64,000 nt of DNA, taken from contig OZ242326.1 in the NCBI GenBank assembly GCA_965208325.1, positions 3,136,001 through 3,200,000 of the forward strand. The letters are read 5' to 3'. The stretch comes from Candidatus Poribacteria bacterium. GTDB taxonomy: Bacteria > Poribacteria > WGA-4E > PCPOR2b. The notes below the pieces were generated by a model. That model made no database searches. It saw only the letters and a list, made by a program, of their open reading frames with translations, and was not told the origin of the DNA. Position numbers and translations under genes: made by a program. Positions within the stretch are counted from its first letter, which is position 1. The number at the start of each line of letters is the position of its first letter. Shown one piece after another: positions 30,048 to 40,239 of the stretch.

Positions 30048-31349
30048 TCAATTTCTCGATTCTCCCATCAAGCGTTCAATTTCATCAATCGTTTTCGGGA
30101 CTTTAGCAGTCAGAACTTCACATCCGGACGGGGTGACGAGGATATCATCCTCGATACGTACACCGATTCCTAAGTATTTCGGATTGACATTTTCGGTGTC
30201 GGCAGCGATATAGAACCCCGGTTCAACAGTAAATACCATCCCCGGTTGAAACGTCTTATGTGTGCCCCCTTCCCGCGTTTTCGTTAAATCGTGAACATCA
30301 AGCCCCAACATATGCCCAACCCCGTGCCTGCAAAACTGCTTATGTTTCTCTTCCGCAATCAACTCTTCTTTCTCGCCGGCTAACAAGCCAATCTTCAACA
30401 TACCCTCGGTCATCAATGCTACCGACTTCTTATTGGGTTCATCAAGTGGTACACCCGGACGGATGGCCTCAATGGCGGCGAGTTGACATTCAAGTACGAG
30501 CTGGTAAATCTCGCGCTGCACTGCGGTAAATCTGCCGTTTGCCGGGTACGTCCGCGTAATATCGCCGCTATAATATTTGTACTCACACCCGGCATCTATC
30601 AAAACCAAGTCGCCGTCCTGAATTTGGCGGTTATTCGCCGTATAGTGCAGCGTCGCCGCATTTGCGGCGCTTGCCACGATTGTAGGAAACCCGGGCTGAC
30701 TTCCTTCGCTCCTACGGAAGATCGAATCTATCATCGCCTGAATTTCATATTCGTACTGACCGGGATGTAGGGTTTTCATCGCCATGATATGCGCATCCGC
30801 CGTGATTTCCGTAGCCCGCCGAATGCGTTTGAGTTCTTCTCCACTTTTGATGAGGCGCATTTCGCCGAGAATCTCACCCGGATCAATTAAGGTATTAGGT
30901 CCTGTTCCTTGGAGTGCGCGACGGCGTCCGTACTGCTTGCAGAATTCGACTATCTTTCGATTAAAGACTTCATCGGATCCGAAACGGTAGTAAATTTGAT
31001 TCGCATCTTTAAGGTATTCGTGGATTTTTTGGTCAAATTCTGTGATTGGATAGGCTTCATCGGCACCAATGACGGTTTTCCCGCCCTCAACTCCCACACG
31101 CTTTCCTGTCCATGCTTCCTGTTCCGGATCATGAGGATTCACGAACAAAACAAATTGGTGTTCGGGGTGACCTGGTGCAAGGACGCAGATTGAACCCGGT
31201 TCCTCAAAACCCGTTAAATAGTAAAAATTACTGTCTTGGCGGTATTCATATTCGACATCATGGGTACGCAAAGCCGGCAATGCGCTCGGGAAAATTGCAA
31301 CCCCTCCCTTCATTTTACGCATGAATTCCTTGCGTATATTTTCATGCAT
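30048..31349 (-). CDS. pepP: Xaa-Pro aminopeptidase (M24B)
   Basis: YRQDSNFYYLTG, LIDAG, DITRT, HGVGHMLGLDVHD, TVEPG, GVRIEDD. Confidence 0.93.
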   Translation of the reverse strand: MHENIRKEFMRKMKGGVAIFPSALPALRTHDVEYEYRQDSNFYYLTGFEEPGSICVLAPGHPEHQFVLFVNPHDPEQEAWTGKRVGVEGGKTVIGADEAYPITEFDQKIHEYLKDANQIYYRFGSDEVFNRKIVEFCKQYGRRRALQGTGPNTLIDPGEILGEMRLIKSGEELKRIRRATEITADAHIMAMKTLHPGQYEYEIQAMIDSIFRRSEGSQPGFPTIVASAANAATLHYTANNRQIQDGDLVLIDAGCEYKYYSGDITRTYPANGRFTAVQREIYQLVLECQLAAIEAIRPGVPLDEPNKKSVALMTEGMLKIGLLAGEKEELIAEEKHKQFCRHGVGHMLGLDVHDLTKTREGGTHKTFQPGMVFTVEPGFYIAADTENVNPKYLGIGVRIEDDILVTPSGCEVLTAKVPKTIDEIERLMGESRN

Positions 31350-31364
31350 TCGTTGTTTCTCCTT

Positions 31365-32150
31365 TTATTCCTCCTGCACCGCGCTAATCTCATCTTGAGA
31401 AATCTTGTGGACACTCTTTGGGTTAAATGTCTGTTGTGTTCCAAATCTCAGCGCAACTTCGATTCTTCCGCCGGTCAGCACGAAGAACTGAATCAGAAAC
31501 CCTCCACCCTCCATGGATTCGACCTGATACTGATGCGGTTCTAATCCTTCAACCCACGCCGGCAGCGCGTGTGCAAAATCAGCATGATTGATTGCCGCTT
31601 GGGGTAAAGCGATGATCAGTGTTCCCGGTTCGTCTCCGATTGCTTCAGTGATGACCGCCCGCGTCTTAACCATGAAAGGCACCACTTGGCTTGAATATTC
31701 AAACTCGTCATTGCTCGTGCGCTCTGGAGGAACAATGCCCCAAGTCAGGTGGTGGATGAACGGATTCCCGTAGCCTTGGCTCAACATGTGCTCTAGACCG
31801 GATTCATCGACCGGATGCACAACCGCAACGTAGTCAAACCAACCTCTGGATCGCGCTGCGCTATCGTGGCGCAATCTTGCAGACACATTGATATAGTCAT
31901 AACCGTCCACTGGCGACGGATAGCAGCGGGCGTCCCATCCCGAAATGTAACCGAGCTGTTTCAGAGGACCGGCGACCAGATGCGGCGGGTCGGTGAAAAT
32001 TGCGGCGTGATCGAGATTAGGCAACAGTCTCACACCTGCTTTCGTCATCTTTTCAGCGGCTTCCAACGCCTCTTTCAAACGTCCTTCAGCATTTTCAATG
32101 CTAAGATAATCTGCGAAGTCTTCCGGTAAAATGGCTAAACTTCCCACCAT
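31365..32150 (-). CDS. Hypothetical protein, possibly VOC-fold metalloenzyme
   Basis: LDHAA ... FIHHLTW ... GFLIQFF...RIEVALR...F pattern; GGAGG RBS; co-oriented with pepP. Confidence 0.6.
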   Translation of the reverse strand: MVGSLAILPEDFADYLSIENAEGRLKEALEAAEKMTKAGVRLLPNLDHAAIFTDPPHLVAGPLKQLGYISGWDARCYPSPVDGYDYINVSARLRHDSAARSRGWFDYVAVVHPVDESGLEHMLSQGYGNPFIHHLTWGIVPPERTSNDEFEYSSQVVPFMVKTRAVITEAIGDEPGTLIIALPQAAINHADFAHALPAWVEGLEPHQYQVESMEGGGFLIQFFVLTGGRIEVALRFGTQQTFNPKSVHKISQDEISAVQEE

Positions 32151-32454
32151 AAACCTCCAGTCCTTAAAACCCTAAAATCCAAGTTGTGGGCGGAATGATT
32201 TGTGTACACTGAATGATAAGTTGCGTCTCGAAAATAAGCATGAGTTTCGGCGCTAAATGATAATCCAAATGCAGTTTAAAATCAAGTGATATCCGTACCC
32301 AAGAGGATTTAACTGTACCCGCTGAACGGCTTGGAAACGTTGCAATCAATGGATAAATGTGATAAAATCGAGCGAATGTATAGTATCTCAAACCCGTTAA
32401 TAATCACAGCACAGAGATGAGAGTAGCGAACACGACTCTTAACCGCAGGAAAAG

Positions 32455-33435
32455 ATGAAGGCAATTATCAGAACGGGTGATGGCGGCCCGGAGGTGTTGA
32501 GATTATCGGAAGTTCCGGCGCCAATACCTGGCCCTAATCAGTTGTTGGTCAACGTGAAAGCGACCGCCCTTAATCGATTGGATACGCTTCAACGTAAGGG
32601 GTTATACAATTCGCCGCCGGGCGAATCTGAAATACTCGGGTTGGAGATTGCAGGAATTGTCGAAGCCATTGGGGGAGAAGTCCCAGGTTTTAGCCGCGGC
32701 GATCGGGTGTTTGGCCTTATAGGAGGGGGAGGATATGCCGAGAAGGCTGTGATCGACCACCGTTTGGCAATTCCGCTTCCCGACGGGTGGAGTTTTGAAC
32801 AAGCTGCGGCGATTCCAGAAGTGTTCTTTACGGCTAACGAAACTCTATTTACGTTGGGCAGGTTAAGCCAGAACGAAACCGTGCTTATCCATGCGGGCGG
32901 CAGCGGTGTCGGAACGGCGGGAACACAAATGGCGCACCATATTGGCGCTCGTGTGTTTATTACTGCCGGATCTGAGGACAAAATAAGAAAAAGTAAAGCG
33001 CTCGGTTGTACAGACGGTATCAACTATAAAGCATGCAATTTCGCCGCGGAAATTTTACAATTGACAGATGGGGAGGGCGTAAACGTTATTCAAGATTTTA
33101 TTGGTGCGCCTTATCTCGAACCGAATCTATCCATCCTGAAGCCGCGCGGGCGCTTACTTATAGTGGGACTGATGGGAGGCACCTCGTCCGAAACCAATCT
33201 AGGATATATACTGAGAAAACGTTTACAAATTTTTGGATCAGTGATGCGTTCTCTCCCGATTGAGGAGAAGATTCAGATTACCGGGCGATTCGTGAATCGC
33301 TGGCTTCCTCTGCTCAAGCAAGGCAGGATTAAACCGGTTATTGATACAATCATGGAGTTATCTCAAGCGTGCGACGCGCATCAATACATGGAGGCCAATG
33401 AGAACTTCGGCAAAATTATTCTCAAAATTGAGTAA
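32455..33435 (+). CDS. NAD(P)H-quinone oxidoreductase, PIG3-like (MDR family)
   Basis: ALNR.D..QR.G.Y, ILGLE.AG, GGGYAE, LIHAGGSGVG, GKIIL. Confidence 0.92.
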   Translation: MKAIIRTGDGGPEVLRLSEVPAPIPGPNQLLVNVKATALNRLDTLQRKGLYNSPPGESEILGLEIAGIVEAIGGEVPGFSRGDRVFGLIGGGGYAEKAVIDHRLAIPLPDGWSFEQAAAIPEVFFTANETLFTLGRLSQNETVLIHAGGSGVGTAGTQMAHHIGARVFITAGSEDKIRKSKALGCTDGINYKACNFAAEILQLTDGEGVNVIQDFIGAPYLEPNLSILKPRGRLLIVGLMGGTSSETNLGYILRKRLQIFGSVMRSLPIEEKIQITGRFVNRWLPLLKQGRIKPVIDTIMELSQACDAHQYMEANENFGKIILKIE

Positions 33436-33451
33436 CGCGTATTAATCGGGA

Positions 33452-35890
33452 TTGATGATAATCGTGAGTATGAATGGGATAAGGTCAATTTTACGGAATA
33501 TACTGAGCATTTTACTGGTTGTATTTATCGCCGTTTTGATGATGATTTTCATCGGTATCGGATTCGCAGGCGGGCTGACGCTCGCTTCATGGGACGCTAT
33601 CAAAGGTAAAGATTTAGGAGAGTTGGATTACCGAAAGACGGATACGTGGAAACAACATCTTAAAATCTACTCTTCTTTGTGTACCGTCCATCCCGAAAAT
33701 TCAGTTGAATTTCTTGTGGATAAACTGAAGCGTTTGGATTACGAGGAGACGCCGCCAGAATTAACGAAGCCCATTGCTGTCGGAGAATATTCGATAACCC
33801 TTGATAAAACCGGAAAAACGGGGACAATGCGGGTCTATCTTCAGGGCTTTCACCACCCGAGTGCGTCTCATACCCCTTATCGGGTGGAAATTTCGGTTCT
33901 CAATGGAAAGATTGCTTCTATTCGCAATGCCGATAACGAAATAATATCTCACTTCAATCTTGAGCCAGAGTTAATTAGCGAGAAATACGACGAGGGCGGC
34001 GACGCGCGGGAAATTATTCCTATCGGTAAAATGCCCGACAAGTTGCTGACAGCGTTTCTTGCGATTGAGGACAGGCGATTTTATGACCATTGGGGTTTGG
34101 ATGTCAAACGCATTGCCGGCGCATTAGTGCATTATGTCCAAACAGGAAATTTACACGGAGCAAGCACAATCACGCAACAACTCACTCGGAACATCTATCT
34201 GAGTCCACAACGGAGGATTTTACGGAAAGTTAAAGAAGCCTTGCTAGCGATTCGAGTGGAGAAAAACTTTTCGAAAGACGAAATCCTTGAACGGTATCTC
34301 AATTTCATCAATTTGGGGAGATATGGTTCGCATGAAGTGCTTGGCGTTCAGAACGCGGCGAAGAGCTACTTCGGCAAATCAGTTAGGGAGTTGGAAGTTC
34401 ATGAATGCGCCACACTAGCGGCTATCCCAAAGTCTCCAAGCTACTACTCACCTGTACGTCATCCGGAGCGTGCAAAAGCCCGACGAAATCTCGTTCTCAA
34501 ACAGATGCTGCGAGCCGGTTTCATCACGCAAGAAGCATATGAAGAGGCTGAGAATCAGCCGCTTGGCATCGAAGTACGTGAGACCGCGCAACTCAAGGAA
34601 GCCGCCCACTTTTTGCAGTATGTCCATGAACAACTGACCAAAATTCCTGAGCTTGAAGATTTATTATACAGTCAAGGTTTAAAGGTCTACACGACGATAG
34701 ATATGTCTATGCAGAAGACAGCGGAAAGTGTGGTCGCCGAACAGTTGCGGGTGCTCGACAAAGCGGATTTCAAAAAATTGCCGGACTACGATTTCAACAA
34801 GAACAGACACGGCGGAATTGACCCTATCAAAAACTATTTACAAGCGGGGTTAATCGCTATTGAACCCAAGACGGGTCACATCAAAGCCATGGTTGGCGGG
34901 CGGGATTTCTATATTACCGGCCAGAAATTCAACTATTTTAACCGTGCTGTTCAATCTCAGCGCCAACCTGGTTCAGCATTTAAGCCGATTGTATTTGCAG
35001 CAATGCTTAATACGCCGCCGTTAGTTACACCCGCAACGATTGTCCGTGATGAAGCGTGGTCTACGGAGGGGGAAGTGGGGGTAAGATGGGCACCCAAAAA
35101 CTACAAAAGGAGGTTCTATGGCGATGTAACCCTGCGTACCATGTTGGAGAAGTCGATTAACATCGCAACAGCCAAAATGATGTGGCAAACTCCCAAGGAC
35201 GAACACGACAAGCCGGAAGGGCTTAAGCGTACACTCGCACTAGCAAATCGATTGGGTATACAAAGCCGCATCCCCCCTTATCCCGCGATTGCGTTGGGGT
35301 CGGAGGGTTTGTCTCTTCTTGAACTCTGTTCTGCCTACGGGGTTTTCGCCAATGGCGGCGAACGTGCGATACCGATAAGTATTCAATATGTCGAAGATCA
35401 GCACGGAGAGATTCTCATCGAAAACCGAGCTGAGCGCGAGAAGGTACTTGACGAAAGCGTCGCCTATCTTATTACATACCTTATGGAAGGCGTAATCAAA
35501 AATGGTACCGGCAGAACCGCTGTTTCAAAGTGGGGATTAAAGCACCGCGCCGCCGGCAAAACCGGTACAACGAACGACTTCTCAGATGCGTGGTTCATTG
35601 GATATACGCCTAGCCTCGTTGCCGGCGTTTGGGTCGGATTTGATGATTACCGGAAAAGCACAAAGAATTCAGGCGCAATTGGGGCGTTACCGATATGGGC
35701 GCGATTCATTAATGAGGCATCGCGAGGACGTATGGACGAGGAATTTCGCGCCCCTCCAGGTGTCCTCTTCAAACAGATAGATAAAGAGACGGGATTACTG
35801 AAATCCGAAAAATGTCCGGAAGAAAAAATTATACGTGAAGCATTTCTCGTGGGCTCTGAACCTAGAATTATCTGTAATGTACATGAGTAG
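33452..35890 (+). CDS. Class A penicillin-binding protein (transglycosylase/transpeptidase)
   Basis: EDRRFYDHWG, GASTITQQL, RKVKE; transpeptidase motifs SAFK, SIN, KTG. Confidence 0.93.
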   Translation: MMIIVSMNGIRSILRNILSILLVVFIAVLMMIFIGIGFAGGLTLASWDAIKGKDLGELDYRKTDTWKQHLKIYSSLCTVHPENSVEFLVDKLKRLDYEETPPELTKPIAVGEYSITLDKTGKTGTMRVYLQGFHHPSASHTPYRVEISVLNGKIASIRNADNEIISHFNLEPELISEKYDEGGDAREIIPIGKMPDKLLTAFLAIEDRRFYDHWGLDVKRIAGALVHYVQTGNLHGASTITQQLTRNIYLSPQRRILRKVKEALLAIRVEKNFSKDEILERYLNFINLGRYGSHEVLGVQNAAKSYFGKSVRELEVHECATLAAIPKSPSYYSPVRHPERAKARRNLVLKQMLRAGFITQEAYEEAENQPLGIEVRETAQLKEAAHFLQYVHEQLTKIPELEDLLYSQGLKVYTTIDMSMQKTAESVVAEQLRVLDKADFKKLPDYDFNKNRHGGIDPIKNYLQAGLIAIEPKTGHIKAMVGGRDFYITGQKFNYFNRAVQSQRQPGSAFKPIVFAAMLNTPPLVTPATIVRDEAWSTEGEVGVRWAPKNYKRRFYGDVTLRTMLEKSINIATAKMMWQTPKDEHDKPEGLKRTLALANRLGIQSRIPPYPAIALGSEGLSLLELCSAYGVFANGGERAIPISIQYVEDQHGEILIENRAEREKVLDESVAYLITYLMEGVIKNGTGRTAVSKWGLKHRAAGKTGTTNDFSDAWFIGYTPSLVAGVWVGFDDYRKSTKNSGAIGALPIWARFINEASRGRMDEEFRAPPGVLFKQIDKETGLLKSEKCPEEKIIREAFLVGSEPRIICNVHE

Positions 35891-35951
35891 GTATTTGAGG
35901 CTTAGCGGCCAATAGAAGGTGGCTAACCTAGAATTTCAGGGGTTAAAACTG

Positions 35952-37940
35952 ATGAATAAGTTCGAGTTAATCTCAGATTACGCGCCGCAAGGCGATCAAC
36001 CTCAAGCAATTGATAAACTTACTGAGGGCCTATTGAAGGGGGATGGGTTTCAGACATTGTTGGGCGTAACGGGGTCCGGCAAAACTTTTACAATGGCTCA
36101 CGTCGTTGCGAACCTGCAGCGACCAACACTTGTTATATCGCCGAACAAAACCCTCGCCGGACAATTGTACACCGAATTCCGGGAGTTCTTTCCCAACAAC
36201 GCCGTTCACTACTTTGTTAGTTACTATGACTACTACCAACCGGAGGCGTACATTCCCAGCACAGACACTTATATTGAGAAGGATATACAAATCAATGAGG
36301 AGATTGATCGGCTCCGCCTTGCTTCTACGGCATCGCTGTTATCACGCCCAGACGTCATCATTATTGCTAGTGTATCTTGTATTTATGGTATTGGGTCGCC
36401 GAAGGAGTACGATGTACAACGGGTCGAGCTGAAAACTGGTGACATCATTAAACGTAATAAGCTGCTGCGTTCACTTGTGGATATTCGGTATGGGCGGAAC
36501 GACGTCGATTTCTCGCGCGGGTGTTTTCGTGTGCGCGGGGATGTGATTGAGGTTTTTCCCGCATACTCAGACACCGCTTATCGGATTGAACTCTTCGGCG
36601 ACGAAGTAGATCGCATCACCGAGATTGACACACTCACCGGAGAAATCATGGAAGACCATGCCGAGGTGGCGATTTATCCAGCAAAACATTTCATGACGGA
36701 TGCTGAGCGATTTGAACAAGCACTGTTGGACATTGAAACCGAACTTCAGGATCGGATTGATTACTTCATTTCGAACAACAAGCTGCTGGAGGCGCAGCGG
36801 ATTGAGGGTCGGACGCGGTTTGATCTTGAGATGATGCGCGAGGTCGGTTACTGTTCGGGTATAGAAAACTATTCACGCCATATCTCCGGTTTGCAGCCCG
36901 GTGAACCGCCGTACTGTCTAATTAACTACTTCCCCGACGATTATTTGATGTTCGTTGACGAATCTCATGTGACGCTGCCGCAACTGCGCGGGATGTATCG
37001 GGGCGACCGCTCACGAAAACAGTCGTTGGTGGATTACGGTTTCCGCCTCCCCTCTGCCCTAGATAACCGTCCGCTCCGGTTCGACGAGTTTCAATCGTAC
37101 GTCAAACAAGCTGTGTTTGTCTCAGCAACCCCCGGGGAGTTTGAATTAGATAACAGCACCCAAGTCGTGGAACAACTAATTCGCCCAACAGGATTGATTG
37201 ATCCCAAGATAATCGTCCATCCGGTCGAAGGGCAGATCGACCACCTAATGGGTGTCATTCAGGAGCGAGTTGCCCGGAACCAGCGTGTGTTGGTTACGAC
37301 ACTCACCAAACGGATGGCAGAAGGACTGACCGACTACCTGACCGAAGGAGGCATTAAAGCTGAATACCTCCATTCCGACGTCGATACCTTGGATCGCGCC
37401 CGTATCTTGAAGGAACTACGCCAAGGTGTTTTCGACGTGCTTGTCGGGATAAACCTCCTCCGTGAAGGATTAGATCTCCCCGAAGTCTCGCTCGTGGCGA
37501 TACTTGATGCGGATCGCGCAGGTTTCCTCCGATCCCAAACTTCGCTAATCCAGATCGCCGGGCGCGCCGCCCGCAATGTCGATGGCGAGGTCATATTGTA
37601 CGCAGATGAAGCGACGCCTGCCATCCGCAACGCCATTGATGAGGGCGAACGCCGGCGAAAAATCCAGATGGTGTATAATGAACAACACGATATTACGCCG
37701 GCGACAATTAACAAAGCCATACACAACTTGATTGATGAACTTGCTACAGATTACGAGGAAAAACCGTCTGAAACAACCGTGCCCGCCATTCCAGTGGAGG
37801 CTAATCTGGAAGAGATTCAGCCGTTAATTGCCAAATTGACGAAAGAGATGCAGGTTGCGGCAGTGGATTTGGAGTTCGAACGGGCAGCAGCTTTGCGGGA
37901 CCAGATTGCGGAGATTAAGCGCGAGTTTGCAGACCACTAA
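35952..37940 (+). CDS. uvrB: Excinuclease ABC subunit B
   Basis: [40 protein letters not shown]-terminal [11 protein letters not shown]. Confidence 0.98.
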   Translation: MNKFELISDYAPQGDQPQAIDKLTEGLLKGDGFQTLLGVTGSGKTFTMAHVVANLQRPTLVISPNKTLAGQLYTEFREFFPNNAVHYFVSYYDYYQPEAYIPSTDTYIEKDIQINEEIDRLRLASTASLLSRPDVIIIASVSCIYGIGSPKEYDVQRVELKTGDIIKRNKLLRSLVDIRYGRNDVDFSRGCFRVRGDVIEVFPAYSDTAYRIELFGDEVDRITEIDTLTGEIMEDHAEVAIYPAKHFMTDAERFEQALLDIETELQDRIDYFISNNKLLEAQRIEGRTRFDLEMMREVGYCSGIENYSRHISGLQPGEPPYCLINYFPDDYLMFVDESHVTLPQLRGMYRGDRSRKQSLVDYGFRLPSALDNRPLRFDEFQSYVKQAVFVSATPGEFELDNSTQVVEQLIRPTGLIDPKIIVHPVEGQIDHLMGVIQERVARNQRVLVTTLTKRMAEGLTDYLTEGGIKAEYLHSDVDTLDRARILKELRQGVFDVLVGINLLREGLDLPEVSLVAILDADRAGFLRSQTSLIQIAGRAARNVDGEVILYADEATPAIRNAIDEGERRRKIQMVYNEQHDITPATINKAIHNLIDELATDYEEKPSETTVPAIPVEANLEEIQPLIAKLTKEMQVAAVDLEFERAAALRDQIAEIKREFADH

Positions 37941-38320
37941 AACGGCGTTTTTTGAACCGGCAACCCGCATCTTGGAACGTGTTTGAAAATTCATTTTATT
38001 CAGCCCCAGAGGGGCGCCAGGTGTATAGTACCCCGCTTCCCTCCGTAAGCGGGGCATCTTTCCCCGCCCAATGCTGGAGGAAGGTATTTGGCGGAATCAA
38101 ACGACCGAATAGCGAAGGCGATAGTAAATCCCGCGCGATAGAATTTACACCAGTCATACCAACTCAAAAGCCCAAGTATGGTGGTGTCACCTATTATTCA
38201 AACAGGCTCTTAATGAGGACAGTACAACACAATTTATTTCTTGCATTTCTAAATGAGGTGTGCTAAAATCAGCCTAGGTTGGGACGTAAATTGTTGCCAT
38301 ACAGAAAGTGAGGACAACCA

Positions 38321-38593
38321 ATGTATGTTTGTACGGCTTGTGGGTTTTTATGGACAGCGCAAGAGAGTCCACCCGAGGAGTGTCCCGCGTGCACAGCGCC
38401 AAAAGAGAAATTCATCCCTTATGATGACCGGGCCGAACGGTGGGTAAAGCGAGCCGCCGCTCAGCACGTAATGTATCCTGATGAGGAGGGCGCAGATTTA
38501 CGGGCTGAGAATTCAGCCTTGTCTTCGCATATCCGGTTTGCAATTGTTGGTTTTGGTGAAGATCTCAAGAAGGCTGGCAACCTTAAAGGGTGA
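38321..38593 (+). CDS. Rubredoxin-like domain protein
   Basis: YVCTACG...PEECPACTAPKEKF; GAGG RBS. Confidence 0.75.
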   Translation: MYVCTACGFLWTAQESPPEECPACTAPKEKFIPYDDRAERWVKRAAAQHVMYPDEEGADLRAENSALSSHIRFAIVGFGEDLKKAGNLKG

Positions 38594-38688
38594 CTATTTA
38601 ACATTAGTGTTTGCCCCCGCTCAGAAACAATAGTTTCTGGGCTTTTTTTTGGAAGTCAACTAGTTGCCAGTATCAAAGGGGAGTTGTA

Positions 38689-40239
38689 ATGCAACTATTC
38701 AGAGCTGTCGTTCCTCAGACCATAAAGAGAATCAGCTTACTCGTTTGGGTATTTATCATTCTTTGTCCGGTAGCCTTAAATGCTGCCGGGTTTGAAGGTA
38801 TCGAACATCAAATCCGGGAGCATGTTCTGTCTAACGGCATGAAGTTCATCATCTTTGAACGGCATGACGCCCCAGTTTTTTCCGGACACATCTATGTCAA
38901 TGTCGGCAGCAGTGATGAGATTGTCGGGAATACAGGGATTGCCCACGTCTTTGAACACATGGCGTTCAAAGGAACAACCACCCTTGGAACAGAGGATTAC
39001 AAAAAAGAAAAATCCATTATGGACAAAATGGACAGCGCGTTCGATGCACTCAGAGCTGAATGGGCAAAAGGCAATCGCGCGAATGCGGAGAGATTAAAGG
39101 AGTTAGAAACCGACTTTGATGCGCTAGAATCGGAAGTTGCCCAATATTCGAACGGCGAGGAATATTCAAAGATTCTAGAGCAGGAGGGCGCCGTTGGAGT
39201 GAATGCGGGTACATCTGCTGATTACACAGTGTATTTTTATAGCCTCCCCTCGAATAAGCTGGAGTTGTGGATGGCGTTTGAATCTGAGAGATTTTTTGAA
39301 CCGGTGCTCAGAGATTTCTTCAAAGAGAAAGAAGTTATCAAGGAGGAGCGGCGCCTTAGGACTGAAAGCAGCCCTGTTGGGAGGTTGATTGAGGAACTCA
39401 CAGGACTTGCTTATCTTGCACATCCGTATGGTCAGCCGACCATCGGCCATATGTCAGATATTCACACAACCACGCGAGCCGAAGCGCTGAAATTTTTTGA
39501 AGAACACTACACGCCAAGAAATATGGTTGCGGCAATTGTTGGTGACGTAAACACCGATACCGTGATTGAATTGGCGGAGAGATATTTTGGCAGGCTTCCA
39601 TCTCGGCCGGATGTGCCGCTTGTTGAGACTGCCGAGCCTAAACAATTAGGTGAACGGCGTGTCAAAATTGTGGAGCAAACACAACCCGTTATTGTTATTG
39701 CGTATCATAAGCCCGAAATCAGACATCCGGATAACGCCGTGTTTAATGCAATCACCGATATCTTGGCATCAGGGCGGACATCACGCTTGTATAAACGATT
39801 AGTCCGAGACGAGAAAATTTCGATTTCTGCAGGCGCCTTTCCAGGGTTTCCGGGCGAAAAATACCCAAATCTGTTTGTTTTCTATTCATTTCCTGCTCAA
39901 GGGCATACGAACGTAGAAAATGAAGAAATGATTCTGACTGAGATTGAGACACTCAAAACGGAGTTGGTTTCGGAAACGGAGTTAAAGAAGGTCAAACGGC
40001 GTGCAAAAGCCGGGTTAATTCATTCGCTGCGTTCTAGCAGCGGGTTAGCTAGTATGTTGTGTAGTTCTGAATTCCTCTTGGGAGATTGGCGGGAGCTCTT
40101 CAAGTCCATTGAACGAATAGAAATGGTGACGCCTGAAGATATTCAGCGGGTTGCGAATGAATATTTTGTAAGCTCCAATCGATCGGTTGCAGAACTTGTG
40201 ACAGAGGCAATTAAGGAAGAAACGGAGGCGGGCGAATGA
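38689..40239 (+). CDS. M16 family zinc peptidase, catalytic subunit
   Basis: Signal peptide, inverted zinc motif HVFEH, NAGTS, EERR. Confidence 0.92.
   Translation: MQLFRAVVPQTIKRISLLVWVFIILCPVALNAAGFEGIEHQIREHVLSNGMKFIIFERHDAPVFSGHIYVNVGSSDEIVGNTGIAHVFEHMAFKGTTTLGTEDYKKEKSIMDKMDSAFDALRAEWAKGNRANAERLKELETDFDALESEVAQYSNGEEYSKILEQEGAVGVNAGTSADYTVYFYSLPSNKLELWMAFESERFFEPVLRDFFKEKEVIKEERRLRTESSPVGRLIEELTGLAYLAHPYGQPTIGHMSDIHTTTRAEALKFFEEHYTPRNMVAAIVGDVNTDTVIELAERYFGRLPSRPDVPLVETAEPKQLGERRVKIVEQTQPVIVIAYHKPEIRHPDNAVFNAITDILASGRTSRLYKRLVRDEKISISAGAFPGFPGEKYPNLFVFYSFPAQGHTNVENEEMILTEIETLKTELVSETELKKVKRRAKAGLIHSLRSSSGLASMLCSSEFLLGDWRELFKSIERIEMVTPEDIQRVANEYFVSSNRSVAELVTEAIKEETEAGE

Noticed and set aside
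37974..38212. MITE-like remnant after uvrB and the 104-aa ORF inside it
   Set aside because: Only an 8-bp inverted match (TGTTTGAA/TTCAAACA) and a small palindrome; the ORF has no protein-like features.
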